Shown: positions 39,867 through 49,970, counted from the first letter of the stretch. The stretch is DNA of 64,000 nucleotides from an uncultured delta proteobacterium (GCA_963771175.1 CAVYSY010000001.1:1-64000), one strand, 5' to 3'. The notes: a model not told the origin generated them from the sequence alone. A program made the numbers and translations.

Positions 39867-41510
39867 GTGGAATCTGATTCAACGGCCCAACCGGCCGATG
39901 AGGATGACTCATCTTCCTGGAAGAGTGACCTCGTCTCTGGCTTTCTTGTCTTCCTCATCGCCCTGCCACTGTGTCTGGGCATCTCCATGGCCAGTGGCTT
40001 CCCGCCGCTGGCTGGCATCCTCACCGCTGTCATCGGCGGTCTTCTCTCCACCTGGTTGGGTAGTGCCCGCCTGACCATCAAGGGTCCCGCGGCGGGCCTC
40101 ATCGTCATCGCGCTCGGGGCCGTGCAGGAGCTGGGCGGCGGTGACATGCAGCTGGGCTACCGGCGCGCTCTCGCCACCATCGCCGTGGCCGCCGTGTTCC
40201 AGATTGTCTTCGCCCTCGTCCGCGCCGGCTCCCTCGGGGACTTCTTCCCCTCCTGTGTAGTGCAGGGAATGCTCGCCGCCATCGGCGTCATCATCTTCGC
40301 GAAGCAGGCCCATTCGCTGCTCGGTGTCACCCCGACCGGCAGCAGCTCCCTGGCTCTGCTCGAGGAGATTCCCCACAGCCTCACGAAGCTCAATCCATCC
40401 ATTGCCCTCATCGGCGTGCTGAGCCTCGTCATCCTCTTCGGCCACCCGTATCTCAAGGGCCGCCTGGCATGGCTCAAGAAGGTGCCCGCGCCGGTGCTGG
40501 TGCTGCTCGTGGCCGTGTCGCTGGGGTTCGCCTTCGAGCTCGACCAGGTCCACACGTACACCCTCGGCTTGATCGGGGCGTCCTACGCGATCGGGCCGAA
40601 CTTCCTCGTCAACCTGCCGGACAACTTCCTGTCCGTCATCACCTTCCCGGACTTCTCCGCCGTCTTCTCGGCCGCCTCGCTCAAGTACATCGCGATGTTC
40701 GCCATCGTGGGTAGCATCGAGTCCTTGTTGATAACGAAGGCCGTCGACTCGCTGGACCCGGAGAAGCGCCGCTCGGACCTGAACAAGGACCTGCTGGCCA
40801 CGGGCGTGGGCAACCTCGCGGCGGGTCTGCTCGGCGGTCTGCCGATGATCTCGGAGATCGTCCGCAGCTCGGCCAGCATCGGCTACGGAGCGAGGAGCCG
40901 GCTCTCCAACTTCTTTCACGGCCTGTTCCTGCTGCTCTTCGTGGCCTTCGCCCCAGCGCTCATCCAGCGCATTCCGCTGGCGGCGCTGGCGGCCATGCTC
41001 ATCTACACGGGGGTCCGACTGGCCTCGCCGTCGGCCTTCGTGCAGACGTTCCGCATTGGCCCCGAGCAGCTCTTCATCTTCAGTGTCACCCTCGTCACCA
41101 CCCTGGCCACGGACCTGCTGGTGGGGGTCATCACGGGCGTGGTGGTGAAGATGGGGGTGCACCTCGTCAACGGCGCGACGATGCGGGGCCTCTTCCGCCC
41201 CTTCGTCGTCGAGCAGGAACTGGGCGGCAAGGTGGTGCTACGTGTGGGCCATGCGGCCGTCTTCAGCAACTATCTCGGCCTGAAGAAGCGGCTCTCGCGT
41301 TTTTCCCATGCGCGTGAGGTGGTCATCGACCTGTCCAGGGCCCGGCTGGTGGACCACACGGTGATGGAGCGGCTGCATCAGCTCCAGGAAGAGTTCGAGC
41401 AGGAGCATCGGCGACTGGAACTGCGCGGGCTCGACCGACACCAGCGTCTCTCCCTGCATCCCCTGGCGGCATGCAAGCGATCGGGCCCCCGGTTCCGGGC
41501 CTCCTCGTAG
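39867..41510 (+). CDS. SulP/SLC26 family inorganic anion (bicarbonate/sulfate) transporter with STAS-like C-terminus
   Basis: DLVSGFLVFLIALPLCLGISMASG, IKGPAAGL, GSIESLL, GGLPMISEIVRSS and VIDLSRARLVDHT. Confidence 0.92.
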   Translation: MESDSTAQPADEDDSSSWKSDLVSGFLVFLIALPLCLGISMASGFPPLAGILTAVIGGLLSTWLGSARLTIKGPAAGLIVIALGAVQELGGGDMQLGYRRALATIAVAAVFQIVFALVRAGSLGDFFPSCVVQGMLAAIGVIIFAKQAHSLLGVTPTGSSSLALLEEIPHSLTKLNPSIALIGVLSLVILFGHPYLKGRLAWLKKVPAPVLVLLVAVSLGFAFELDQVHTYTLGLIGASYAIGPNFLVNLPDNFLSVITFPDFSAVFSAASLKYIAMFAIVGSIESLLITKAVDSLDPEKRRSDLNKDLLATGVGNLAAGLLGGLPMISEIVRSSASIGYGARSRLSNFFHGLFLLLFVAFAPALIQRIPLAALAAMLIYTGVRLASPSAFVQTFRIGPEQLFIFSVTLVTTLATDLLVGVITGVVVKMGVHLVNGATMRGLFRPFVVEQELGGKVVLRVGHAAVFSNYLGLKKRLSRFSHAREVVIDLSRARLVDHTVMERLHQLQEEFEQEHRRLELRGLDRHQRLSLHPLAACKRSGPRFRASS

Positions 41511-41550
41511 CAGGCTCCTTCAAGCCCTCTCCTGGTCGGCCCCCCTGTGT

Positions 41551-43296
41551 ATGCGGGCGTATTGCGCGTGCGCCTTGGGGCGGCCCCTCACACCTTTCCA
41601 ACGGGTGACTGCCTTGCTTCCTCTCCTCGAAATCGCCGTCGTCCTGGTCTTGCTGTTGCCATTGGGGCTGGCCCGGCTCTTTGGCCTGGAGCTCCTGGGG
41701 GCTGACTGGCCCCTGGGCGCGGGACTCGTCGTGCAGGCCGTGGTGGGCCTGCTTCTTCTCACCTACCTGAGAGGCGCCCTGGCTCCACGCGAGCGCGGGA
41801 GGGCGCTGGGGGGCTACCTCCTTGCCTTCGCGGGCCTGGGGGGCGCGTACCTCGCGGGCAAGAGCCTGTGGCTGCCCGTGTGCTGGGAGTTGTCCACGCT
41901 GGGCTTCGTGCTGGCGTTCTTCTCCGGAGGCCATCGCGCGAGCACGGTGCGCGGCGTGGTGGTGCTCTTCGCGGCCAGCGGCGTGTCCATGCTGCTGCTC
42001 GCCGTGTGGGTCTTCCTCCCCGAGGGCCCCATGGGCCTCACGTGCCTGGCGCTCGGGCTGATGCTGAAGGGCGCCTTCTTCGGGCTCCACTTCTGGTACG
42101 CCGAGGTACACGCGGGTGCGCCCAACCATGTCTCCGCGGCGCTGAGTGGCGCGGCGGTGAACCTTCCCGTGCTGCTCTTCGCGCGCTACGCGGCCGGGTC
42201 CGCCGAGCTGGCGCACCATGCTTCGTGGCTGGTGCCCCTGGCGGGTGTGGGCGTGTTCCTCGGGGGCCTGGTGGCCTTCTTCAAGGGGGACGTGCGGCGG
42301 GCGCTGGCGCACAGCACGGTGGAGAACGCCAACGTGCTGTGGCTGTGCCTGCTGACCTCCGTGTTCTTCGCGAGCGAGGGGCAGGCGGAGCTGGCCGCGG
42401 GCTTCCGCTGGGTGTTCTACGGGGTGCTCGTCCACCACGCCCTCTCCAAGACGTTCCAGTTCCTCGGGCTGGGCTACCTCTACGAGCTGGCGGGCAGCAG
42501 CGCGGTGGAGCTGTGCAAGGGCGCGGGGCGCGGCTCGGGGCTGGGCGCGGGCCTGCTGGTGGCGGGCGCGGCGAGCTTCGCGGCCATGCCGGGCACGGTA
42601 GGCTTCCTCGCCGAGACCTCACTGCTGTGGCTGCTGGGTCGTGCCTTCGGGCTGCCGCTGGCGCAGGCTCTTCCGGTGCTGGCGGGGCTCGTCTTCATGC
42701 TCATCGGCCTGGTGCTGGGGGGCTCGGCCCACCTGCGCCTCTACCTGCCCATGGTCCTCTCGGTGCCGGCCCAGGGGGTGGCGGCCGACGTGCACCCGGC
42801 GCCAGCGGGCGTGCGGTACGCGCTGGGCGCGGGAGCGGCGGCCCTCTTCGGCCTGCCAGTGGGGGTGCTGGTGTTCCTGGGCATGCCCGCGTCGGAGGCC
42901 GTGCCGCCAGTGCTGCGCGGGTGGTTGCTGCCGGCCGCGGCGACCTCCACCGTCATCGCCTTGATCTGGGCCGCGCTGGCCCGCTGGCGCTTCGTCCACC
43001 GCGTGCGCGCGCGCGTGCTGTGGGACTGCGGCAATCGCTACCGGGGGCCGGAGTTGTCCGTGCCCTCCAACGTCTTCTCCGCCCCGCTGGAGGCGTCGCT
43101 GGCCCGCTACTTCCTTCGCGAGGACGGGCGCGCGCGGCTGGACCAGAAGCTGCACTCCGCCCTGGAGCGGGTGCTGAACCTGGGGCGCTACTGGATTGGC
43201 GCCGTGGAGTCCGGTGCCGTCTCCACCTACCTGGCCTTCTCCACCCTGGTGCTGATGCTCACCGCCGGCATCCTGGTGCTGTTCAACCTCCTGTGA
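41551..43296 (+). CDS. hyfB: hydrogenase-4 component B-like antiporter-type membrane subunit (start uncertain)
   Basis: WELS, LKGAFFGLHFWYAEVHAGAPNHVSAALSG, LAHSTVEN, HHALSK, MPGTVGF and WDCG. Confidence 0.8.
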   Translation: MRAYCACALGRPLTPFQRVTALLPLLEIAVVLVLLLPLGLARLFGLELLGADWPLGAGLVVQAVVGLLLLTYLRGALAPRERGRALGGYLLAFAGLGGAYLAGKSLWLPVCWELSTLGFVLAFFSGGHRASTVRGVVVLFAASGVSMLLLAVWVFLPEGPMGLTCLALGLMLKGAFFGLHFWYAEVHAGAPNHVSAALSGAAVNLPVLLFARYAAGSAELAHHASWLVPLAGVGVFLGGLVAFFKGDVRRALAHSTVENANVLWLCLLTSVFFASEGQAELAAGFRWVFYGVLVHHALSKTFQFLGLGYLYELAGSSAVELCKGAGRGSGLGAGLLVAGAASFAAMPGTVGFLAETSLLWLLGRAFGLPLAQALPVLAGLVFMLIGLVLGGSAHLRLYLPMVLSVPAQGVAADVHPAPAGVRYALGAGAAALFGLPVGVLVFLGMPASEAVPPVLRGWLLPAAATSTVIALIWAALARWRFVHRVRARVLWDCGNRYRGPELSVPSNVFSAPLEASLARYFLREDGRARLDQKLHSALERVLNLGRYWIGAVESGAVSTYLAFSTLVLMLTAGILVLFNLL

Positions 43297-43309
43297 GGCT
43301 GCTCTTTCC

Positions 43310-44191
43310 ATGAATGCGCTCGTCGTACTCATCCCGGCCTTCGTGGCCGTCCCGCTGCTCGGTGGCGGCGTGGTGCGCAAGGTGCGCGCCCGCGCGCAGG
43401 GTCGCCGGGGTCCTCCGGTGCTGCAGAACCTCTTCGACCTGATGCGGCTGCTGAGGAAGCAGCCGGTGGACGGCCCGTACTCGGGCTTCTTCGCCGAGGT
43501 GTCCCCGGCGCTGGCGCTGCTGGCGGCGGTGGGCACCTGGTCCGTGGTGCTCTTCGGCTGGGCGCCGCCGCTGCTGGCCGTCTTCCTGCTGGTGCTGCAG
43601 TACGTGGCCACGCTCGCCTTCGCGATGGAGACGGGCACCAGCTTCGGTGGCCTGGGCGCCAGTCGCGAGGTGCTGCTGTCGGTGCTGGCCAAGCCCTGCC
43701 TGCTGTTGGCGATGATGCTGGCGGAGGCGCGGCTGCCCCGCATGAGCCTGGTGGAGGGCGCGCTGCTGGAGGCGCTGATGCTGGGGGCCGTCGGAGTGGC
43801 GCTGCTGGCGGAGATGGCGCGTCCGCCCTTCGATGACCCGCGCACGCACCTGGAGCTGACCATGGTGCACGAGGCCATGCTGCTGGAGGCCTCGGGCCGA
43901 AGCCTGGGCCTCTTCGAGCTGGCCAACCAGGTGAAGCTGGCGGCGCTGCTGTGTCTGCCCGTGCGCATCCTGCTGCGCCACGGCCAGGCCCTCGCCGGCG
44001 TGGCCCTGCCCGGCGTGCTGGAGGGCGTGCTCCTGGTGGGGTTGACGCTGGGGGCCGCGGCGATGCTCGGTTACTGGGAGGCGGTGAGCGTGCGCCGCAA
44101 GTGGACGTGGAACGCGGAGCTCCTGGGCCTGTCGCTGCTGCTGCTGGTGCTGGCCGCTTCGCTCCTCACCTTCTACCCGGAGGCCGTATGA
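43310..44191 (+). CDS. hyfC: HyfC/HycD (NuoH-like) membrane subunit
   Basis: RKVRARAQGRRGPPVLQ, FGGLGASRE and RPPFDDPRTHLELTMVHEAMLLEASG. Confidence 0.88.
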   Translation: MNALVVLIPAFVAVPLLGGGVVRKVRARAQGRRGPPVLQNLFDLMRLLRKQPVDGPYSGFFAEVSPALALLAAVGTWSVVLFGWAPPLLAVFLLVLQYVATLAFAMETGTSFGGLGASREVLLSVLAKPCLLLAMMLAEARLPRMSLVEGALLEALMLGAVGVALLAEMARPPFDDPRTHLELTMVHEAMLLEASGRSLGLFELANQVKLAALLCLPVRILLRHGQALAGVALPGVLEGVLLVGLTLGAAAMLGYWEAVSVRRKWTWNAELLGLSLLLLVLAASLLTFYPEAV

Positions 44192-44814
44192 GCGCCGACT
44201 TCGCGCACCTGCTCATCCTGTTGGTGGGCGTCATCATCCTGTTGGAGAACCGGCTGCGGCGCGTGGTGCTGCTGTCCGGCGTGCAGGGAGCCCTGCTGCT
44301 CATCCCCCTGCTGTTGAACCGCTCCGGCGAGCTGCACGGGGCCCACCTCTGGGGGCTGGTGGCCCTGATCATCGTCTTCAAGGCGGTGTTCACGCCCACC
44401 GTGCTGATGTGGTCCCTGCGGCGGCTGGGCCTGCCGGAGAACACCGGGCCCCGTCTGGGCTTCCTGCCCACGCTGCTGATGGTGCTCGGGGGCCTCGCCG
44501 CGGCGGGGGCGGCGCTGGCGCGCGTGGACGTCGCCTCGGTGGGCCTGAGCCGGCCGGCACTCGTCTACACGCTGCTGGTCATCTTCGTGGGGGCGCTCAC
44601 CTTCATCGTCCGGACGATGTGGGTGCCGCTCATCGTGGGCTTCGTCGTTTTCGAGAATGGCATCTTCCTGTTGACCCTGCAGCTCGGGACGAACCTGCCG
44701 CTGGGCATCGAGCTGGGGGCCTTCGTGGACACCCTCTTGGTGCTGGTGGCGGCGGCAACGCTGCAGGTCTGGTCCCGTACGCACCCTGGCGCCGAGGCGC
44801 CCCGGCTGCCCTGA
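44188..44814 (+). CDS. hyfE: HyfE-like membrane subunit
   Basis: ATGA overlap with hyfC, multi-TM, VGFVVFENGIFL and IELGAFVD. Confidence 0.85.
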   Translation: MSADFAHLLILLVGVIILLENRLRRVVLLSGVQGALLLIPLLLNRSGELHGAHLWGLVALIIVFKAVFTPTVLMWSLRRLGLPENTGPRLGFLPTLLMVLGGLAAAGAALARVDVASVGLSRPALVYTLLVIFVGALTFIVRTMWVPLIVGFVVFENGIFLLTLQLGTNLPLGIELGAFVDTLLVLVAAATLQVWSRTHPGAEAPRLP

Positions 44815-44825
44815 GGAACCCCGCA

Positions 44826-46028
44826 ATGGAATTCATCGGCTTCCTGGTGCTGAGCGCCATCGTCTTCCTGGCCCTCCTGGTCAACTTCGTCTTCGGCTCC
44901 TCGCGCACGCACCGCGGACTGGGGCTGTGGCTGCTGCTCTTCCTGCTGCTGGGCGGCGCCATCGCCACCTCGTGGTTCCTGACGGACTCCATCCTGCGGT
45001 GGGTGGTCATCGAGCTGAGCACGCTGCTGGGCGCGCTGCTCATCTCCATGACGCGCTCGCGGCGCGCGCTGGACGTGGCGTGGAAGTTCCTGCTCATCAA
45101 CTCCTTCGGACTGGGCATCGCCTTCCTGGGGCTCATCGTCCTGCTCTTCGCCAGCGGCACGCCGGACAGCCGGCAGGTCTTCCTGCTGCCGCTGGGCACT
45201 CCGCGCTCGGTGGTGCTGATGGAGGTGGGGCTGTGGCTCGCGGTGTTCGGCTACTCGGCCAAGCTGGGCCTCTTTCCCAACCACTTCTGGGTGGGGGATA
45301 CCTACGCGGAGGCGCCCAACCAGGTGGCGGCGCTGCTGGCGGCCTTCATCCCGGTGGCCGTCTGCGTCCCCCTGCGCAACCTGTTGGACCTGGACCGGGC
45401 GCTGCACGTGGGGCGCATCAGCGCGTCCGACGGCCTGCTGCTGCTGGGCGTGCTCACCATGCTCTACAGCGTGTGGACGCTGTACCAGACGCACGACCTG
45501 GACCGGGTGGGCGCGCTGGTGGGCCTCTTCCACAGCGGCGCGCTGGCGGTGGTGCTGTGGTTCCGCCCGGATGACCGCATCTTCTGGTTCCTCATGGCCA
45601 GCAACGTGGTGATGAAGGCGGTGCTCTTCACCAGCCTGGGAGCGCTGCGCTTCCACGTGAGGGACCACCGGCTGGAGGGACTGGGCGCGGTCCCCCGGAG
45701 CGCGCTGTGGCTCTTCCTGCTGGCGCTGGCGTGTGCCTTCGTGCTGCCGCTGTCACCGGTGTTCGTCTCGGACATGCTGCTGGTGCGCGCGGGCTCGCTG
45801 GGCGGGCGGCTGTGGGCGCTGGCGGTACCGGCGCTGGGCCTGGCCTTCTTCGCGGTGGGCCTGGGCAAGGTGCTGCCCATGACTGCGCTGGGGCAGCTCG
45901 ATGTCTCCGGAGAGGGCGCCGCCGCCTTCCGGACGCGCCTGGGCCTGAGCGTGGCCCTGCTGGCCCTCACGGTGGCGCTCGGCGTCTGGGGCCTCATCCA
46001 TTTCCCGATTGGAGGTTTTGGCCTGTGA
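44826..46028 (+). CDS. hyfF: HyfF-like antiporter-type membrane subunit
   Basis: WVVIELSTL, AWKFLLINSFGLGIAFLG, GYSAKLGLFPNHFWVGDTYAEAP and PLSPVFVSD. Confidence 0.85.
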   Translation: MEFIGFLVLSAIVFLALLVNFVFGSSRTHRGLGLWLLLFLLLGGAIATSWFLTDSILRWVVIELSTLLGALLISMTRSRRALDVAWKFLLINSFGLGIAFLGLIVLLFASGTPDSRQVFLLPLGTPRSVVLMEVGLWLAVFGYSAKLGLFPNHFWVGDTYAEAPNQVAALLAAFIPVAVCVPLRNLLDLDRALHVGRISASDGLLLLGVLTMLYSVWTLYQTHDLDRVGALVGLFHSGALAVVLWFRPDDRIFWFLMASNVVMKAVLFTSLGALRFHVRDHRLEGLGAVPRSALWLFLLALACAFVLPLSPVFVSDMLLVRAGSLGGRLWALAVPALGLAFFAVGLGKVLPMTALGQLDVSGEGAAAFRTRLGLSVALLALTVALGVWGLIHFPIGGFGL

Positions 46029-47411
46029 GTGATTCTGCCTCCCTCATTACGGGTGTCTTCCGCCGCGAGCATGGCGGCGCATGGCACCTCTATTCGCTGA
46101 CGGACCGGGCGCTATCCTCGGAGGTGGTGTCCGCCACGGACCCCGAGGCGCTCGTGTCCGAGCGCCACATCCCCACATGGCTGTGGCGGCACTCGGTGGG
46201 GGTGCCCCACGGGCCCGAGGACCTGCGGACCCCCTCGGAGTCCCAGGGCCCGCCGGGCAATCTGGAGTACGCGGGACTCCAGGTGTCGGTGAGCCCGCGG
46301 GGCTATTCGCACGCGGTGGGCCCCATCCACGCGGGCGTCATCGAGCCGGGTCACTTCCGCTTCTCGTTGGAGGGCGAGGTCATCCAGTCGCTGAACATCC
46401 GCCTGGGCTTCCAGCACCGCGGGGTGCGGCGGCTGATGGAGGGCCAGCCTCCGCTGCGGGTGATGCCGCTGGCCGAGTGCATCAGCGGTGACAGCACGGT
46501 GGCCTATGGCCTCGCCTTCAGCCGGCTGTACGAGGAGGCGGCGGGGTGGGGCGTGTCGCCCGAGGTGGAGCTGCTGCGTCTGGTGATGTTGGAGCTGGAG
46601 CGGGTGGCCATCCATGTGGGGGACATCGGCGCCATGGCGGGGGATATCGGCTTCTACCCGCTGCTCGGCCTGTGCAGCACGGACCGGGGCGTGGCGCTGG
46701 GCGCGCTGGAGACGCTCACCGGCTCGCGCTTCGGGCGTGGAGCGCTCTGGCCGGGCGAGGTGCGGTTGAGCCGCAAGCTGACGCGGGAGGATCTCCAGCC
46801 GACGGCGCGGCGGCTGCTGGACATGTGGGCCCGGGTGGAGGACCAGGCGCAGCGGGCGCTCGATGACTCCACGGTCCGCGAGCGCCTGCAGGGCTGCGGC
46901 CGGCTCACGCGGGAGCAGGTGCTGGAGAATGGCTTCGTGGGCATGGCCGCGCGGTGCACGGGCCTGAAGCGGGACCTGCGCCTCGCCGAGCCGCTGTACC
47001 GGGACGGCGCGGGAGCGTCGTTGGAGCTGGCGCCAGACGCCGCGCTGATGCAGGGGGATGCGTACTCGCGCTTCGCGCTCCGGGTGGAGGAGGTGCGCCA
47101 CAGCGTGGAGTGGCTGGCGGCGGTGCTGCCCCGGCTGGACGTGACGTGTGGCGGCCAGGGCCCGTCTGCGCGTCATGGAGCGGCTCGACTGGAAGCCGGG
47201 CGTGTATGCGAAGGCGGTGGAGGGCTGGCGCGGCCCGGTGCTGGTGGCGCTGGACCTCGATGGGGAGGGGCGCGTGCGGCAGAGCTACCTGCGCGATCCG
47301 TCCGTCCTCAACTGGCATGCGTTGGAGTTGGTGGTGCGCTCGGAGCTCATCGGCGACTTCCCGCTCAACAACAAGTCCTTCAACCTCAGCTATGCGGGGG
47401 TGGATCTCTGA
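46025..47411 (+). CDS. HyfG/HycE (NuoD-like) large subunit lacking NiFe ligands, Ehr-type (one frameshift near 47160)
   Basis: VGPIHAGVIEPGHFRF, LGFQHRG, LAECISGDS, ELERVAIH, VEGWRG and GDFPLNNKSFNLSYAGVDL. Confidence 0.9.
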
Positions 47412-48265
47412 TGTCGATCTTCGAGTGGAAGAACTTCTTCTCCCGGCCGGCCACGCAGGATTACGCGAAGGCCTCGCCGGTGCAGGCGCGGGCTCGCGGG
47501 GTGCCCGTGCCGGTGCGCGATGCGGCGGGCTCGTGCGCGGACTGTGGGGTATGCGAGCGTGTCTGCCCCTCGCGGGCGGTGAAGGTGGAGGGCTCGCGGG
47601 CGCTCGCCTTCGACTATGGCGCGTGCCTGCAGTGCGGGCTGTGCGTGCGGGTCTGTCCGGAGCAGCGGCTGGAGGACTCGGGGCTGACGTACGCCTTCGC
47701 TCTCGAGCGGGACACGCTGAAGGTGACGTTCGACGGCTGCGACTTCGAGCCACGCGCGGAGCCGGTGCCGGAGAACGTGGAGCGCTTCCGGACGCTGACG
47801 GGGGGCCGGGGCCTCAACTACCGCGAGGTGGCGGCGGGCAACAACACGGTGGAGTGCGAGCTCAACGCGAGCTTCAACAACGTGTTCGACAGCGAGTCGC
47901 TGGGCATCCGGAGCGTGGCCTCGCCGAAGCACGCGGACGTGGTGCTGTTCTCGGGGCCGGTGGGGCCGAACATGGTGGGGCCCCTGCGGACGGCCTGGGA
48001 CGTGATGCCGGAGCCGAAGGCGCTGGTGGCCTGTGGCACCGAGGCGGTGAGCGGAGGCCTGTTCCCCATGGGCGAGCGGCCGAAGACACCGGACCTGTTC
48101 ATCGCGGGGGACCCGCCGAGACCGGACACGGTGCTCAACGCGCTGCGCTACCTGATGGGGAGGATGAAGTACTCCTTCCAGCACGCGCTGCGGGACCGGG
48201 TAGCGGAGCTGCGCCAGCCGTCGGGCCTCCCGGCAGGACAGGCACATCGGGGCTCTCGCTCCTGA
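47411..48265 (+). CDS. 2x[4Fe-4S] ferredoxin (HyfH-like) fused to a degenerate HyfI/NuoB-like small subunit
   Basis: CADCGVCERVCP and CLQCGLCVRVCP, then ASPKHADVVLFSGPV, MPEPKALVACG and IAGDPPRP. Confidence 0.88.
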   Translation: MSIFEWKNFFSRPATQDYAKASPVQARARGVPVPVRDAAGSCADCGVCERVCPSRAVKVEGSRALAFDYGACLQCGLCVRVCPEQRLEDSGLTYAFALERDTLKVTFDGCDFEPRAEPVPENVERFRTLTGGRGLNYREVAAGNNTVECELNASFNNVFDSESLGIRSVASPKHADVVLFSGPVGPNMVGPLRTAWDVMPEPKALVACGTEAVSGGLFPMGERPKTPDLFIAGDPPRPDTVLNALRYLMGRMKYSFQHALRDRVAELRQPSGLPAGQAHRGSRS

Positions 48266-48450
48266 GTGCAATCCGTGCACGAGCCACTCGCGGGCTGTCT
48301 CCAGGACGCAGGATGTGCAGGGCACTTGTTCCTGAGCGCAGTGCCCATGTCGCTGGCCTGGGTGATGCAGTGAACTCCGGGCGAGTGGCGAGGACATGAT
48401 GCGGGTCCTGCCGCCTGTCGTGTCACGCGACGCATAGCGGAGAAATGGTC

Positions 48451-48663
48451 ATGATGCGCAACGAAGCTGGCTGGGACCGGGCGGCGCGGGTGCTGGTGGG
48501 GATTGTGGGTCTGTCGATGGTGTTCCTGGGGCCGAAGACGTGGTGGGGGCTGATCGGGTTGATTCCGCTGCTCACGGGGCTCATCGGTTACTGCCCGCTC
48601 TACCAGCTGTTCGGCTTCAGCTCGTGCCCCGTCAAGGCGCTGCGGGAGACTCCGCCCAGGTAA
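48451..48663 (+). CDS. DUF2892 (YgaP-like) small membrane protein
   Basis: NEAGWDRAARVLVG...LLTGLIGYCPLYQLFGFSSC. Confidence 0.88.
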   Translation: MMRNEAGWDRAARVLVGIVGLSMVFLGPKTWWGLIGLIPLLTGLIGYCPLYQLFGFSSCPVKALRETPPR

Positions 48664-48837
48664 ACCCCCACCGCGAGCCGCCCCGACGCAGGTTCTGCGT
48701 GCGAGGGGGCTCGCGGACGCCGCTCCCGCAATCCTTGCGTGTCCGGAGGGGCGGATGGTTGATGAGTGGACAGGCACGAGGACTGCAACGTCCCGGGTGG
48801 GCCCAGCGCACTGGTGCCCGAATCCAAGGAGGTTTTT

Positions 48838-49224
48838 GTGAGCATCAAATGGATGGGCGCGATGTTGGCGCTCGTGGTGGGCCCGACTGCATGGGCCGCG
48901 GCGCCGAAGTCCACGCCGGCGCTGATGGCGAAGGGCAAGGCCTCGTACGCCACCAACTGCCTCGCGTGTCATGGCGAGAAGGGCGAGGGCAACGGCCCGA
49001 CGGGTCAGTACCTGGCCCCGAAGCCGCGCAACTTCGTGGCCGAGCCCTTCAAGAAGGGCAACAAGCCGGAGGAGGTCTTCAAGAGCATCACCGACGGCCT
49101 CCAGGGCAGCACGATGGTGTCCTTCGCCAAGCTTCCCGAGGAGGAGCGCTGGGCGCTCGCCTACTACGTGCTCGACTTCCAGCCGAAGGCGAAGCCGGCC
49201 CCCGCGAAGAAGGGCAAGAAGTAG
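48838..49224 (+). CDS. monoheme cytochrome c
   Basis: Signal peptide, CLACHG, PKPRNF, distal Met (GSTMVSF). AAGGAGG RBS before GTG. Confidence 0.9.
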   Translation: MSIKWMGAMLALVVGPTAWAAAPKSTPALMAKGKASYATNCLACHGEKGEGNGPTGQYLAPKPRNFVAEPFKKGNKPEEVFKSITDGLQGSTMVSFAKLPEEERWALAYYVLDFQPKAKPAPAKKGKK

Positions 49225-49424
49225 TCACGAGGCCGCACCGGCCCGGTTTCCCTGGTGCCTGGGGGGGAGCACCGGGGCACGGCAGGCGGGGCTGAGTTGC
49301 GATGGGCGGCCTGACGCCGGAGAGCGCGCTGGTGCCTCCAGCGCTCCCTGGACGGCTGCCTGGAGATTCGCGGGGGCCTCCTGGATGGGCCGTGGCGCCA
49401 GCTTCTGGGAGAACACGAACCTTC

Positions 49425-49970
49425 TCACGGTGGAGCGGATGCCTCGGGGATGCACTCGTTCGCGCCGTTGCAGACGTAACCGGGCGCGCATTCCAGCTCA
49501 TCAGCCCGACAGTAGGGTTCGCATTCCCCGACTGCGACATCACACACATAGCCCCCACAGAGGGGGTCCCCGCGGCTCGTGCACTTCCTCACGCATTCGT
49601 TCGTGTCGCCGCGACAGTAGAACCCGTCCGCGCAGGGGCCCAATGCGCAATCAGGAGCACATTTCCCCTTCACACACGCATAGCCGCCGCACAGCGTCGC
49701 AGCGGTGTCCTGGGTGCACTCCGTGCCCACGCAGAACCCCGCTTCACAGACATGGCCCTGCGTGCACTCGGCGGAGCTCGTGCACATCGTCAGGCAGGCT
49801 CCATAGTGGGAATCGCACGTGTAGGGCGCACAGAGCTCGACCGAACAGCCCGGTGCGTCGCCCGTCGAACCGTCCCCCTGCTCGTTCGAGGAGGGGGACG
49901 ACCCGTTCGCGTCACATCCCGCGAGCACGCCGAGCATCAATGAGAGTGACCACAATGACGCCGCGGGCAT
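49425..49970 (-). CDS. Cys-rich repeat lipoprotein
   Basis: Lipobox LAGC. Three Cys-rich repeats (C..Y.C....G.C...C.....C..G..C). Confidence 0.7.
   Translation of the reverse strand: MPAASLWSLSLMLGVLAGCDANGSSPSSNEQGDGSTGDAPGCSVELCAPYTCDSHYGACLTMCTSSAECTQGHVCEAGFCVGTECTQDTAATLCGGYACVKGKCAPDCALGPCADGFYCRGDTNECVRKCTSRGDPLCGGYVCDVAVGECEPYCRADELECAPGYVCNGANECIPEASAPP

Noticed and set aside
41551..48265. Functional NiFe hydrogenase-4 / formate hydrogenlyase
   Set aside because: Both Ni-binding CxxC motifs are missing and no maturation or formate dehydrogenase genes are adjacent.
45707..48265. 852 aa large/small subunit fusion ORF
   Set aside because: Artefact of one frameshift near 47160. The true large-subunit C-terminus is in ORF 47148-47411 and the next gene starts at the overlapping ATG 47411.
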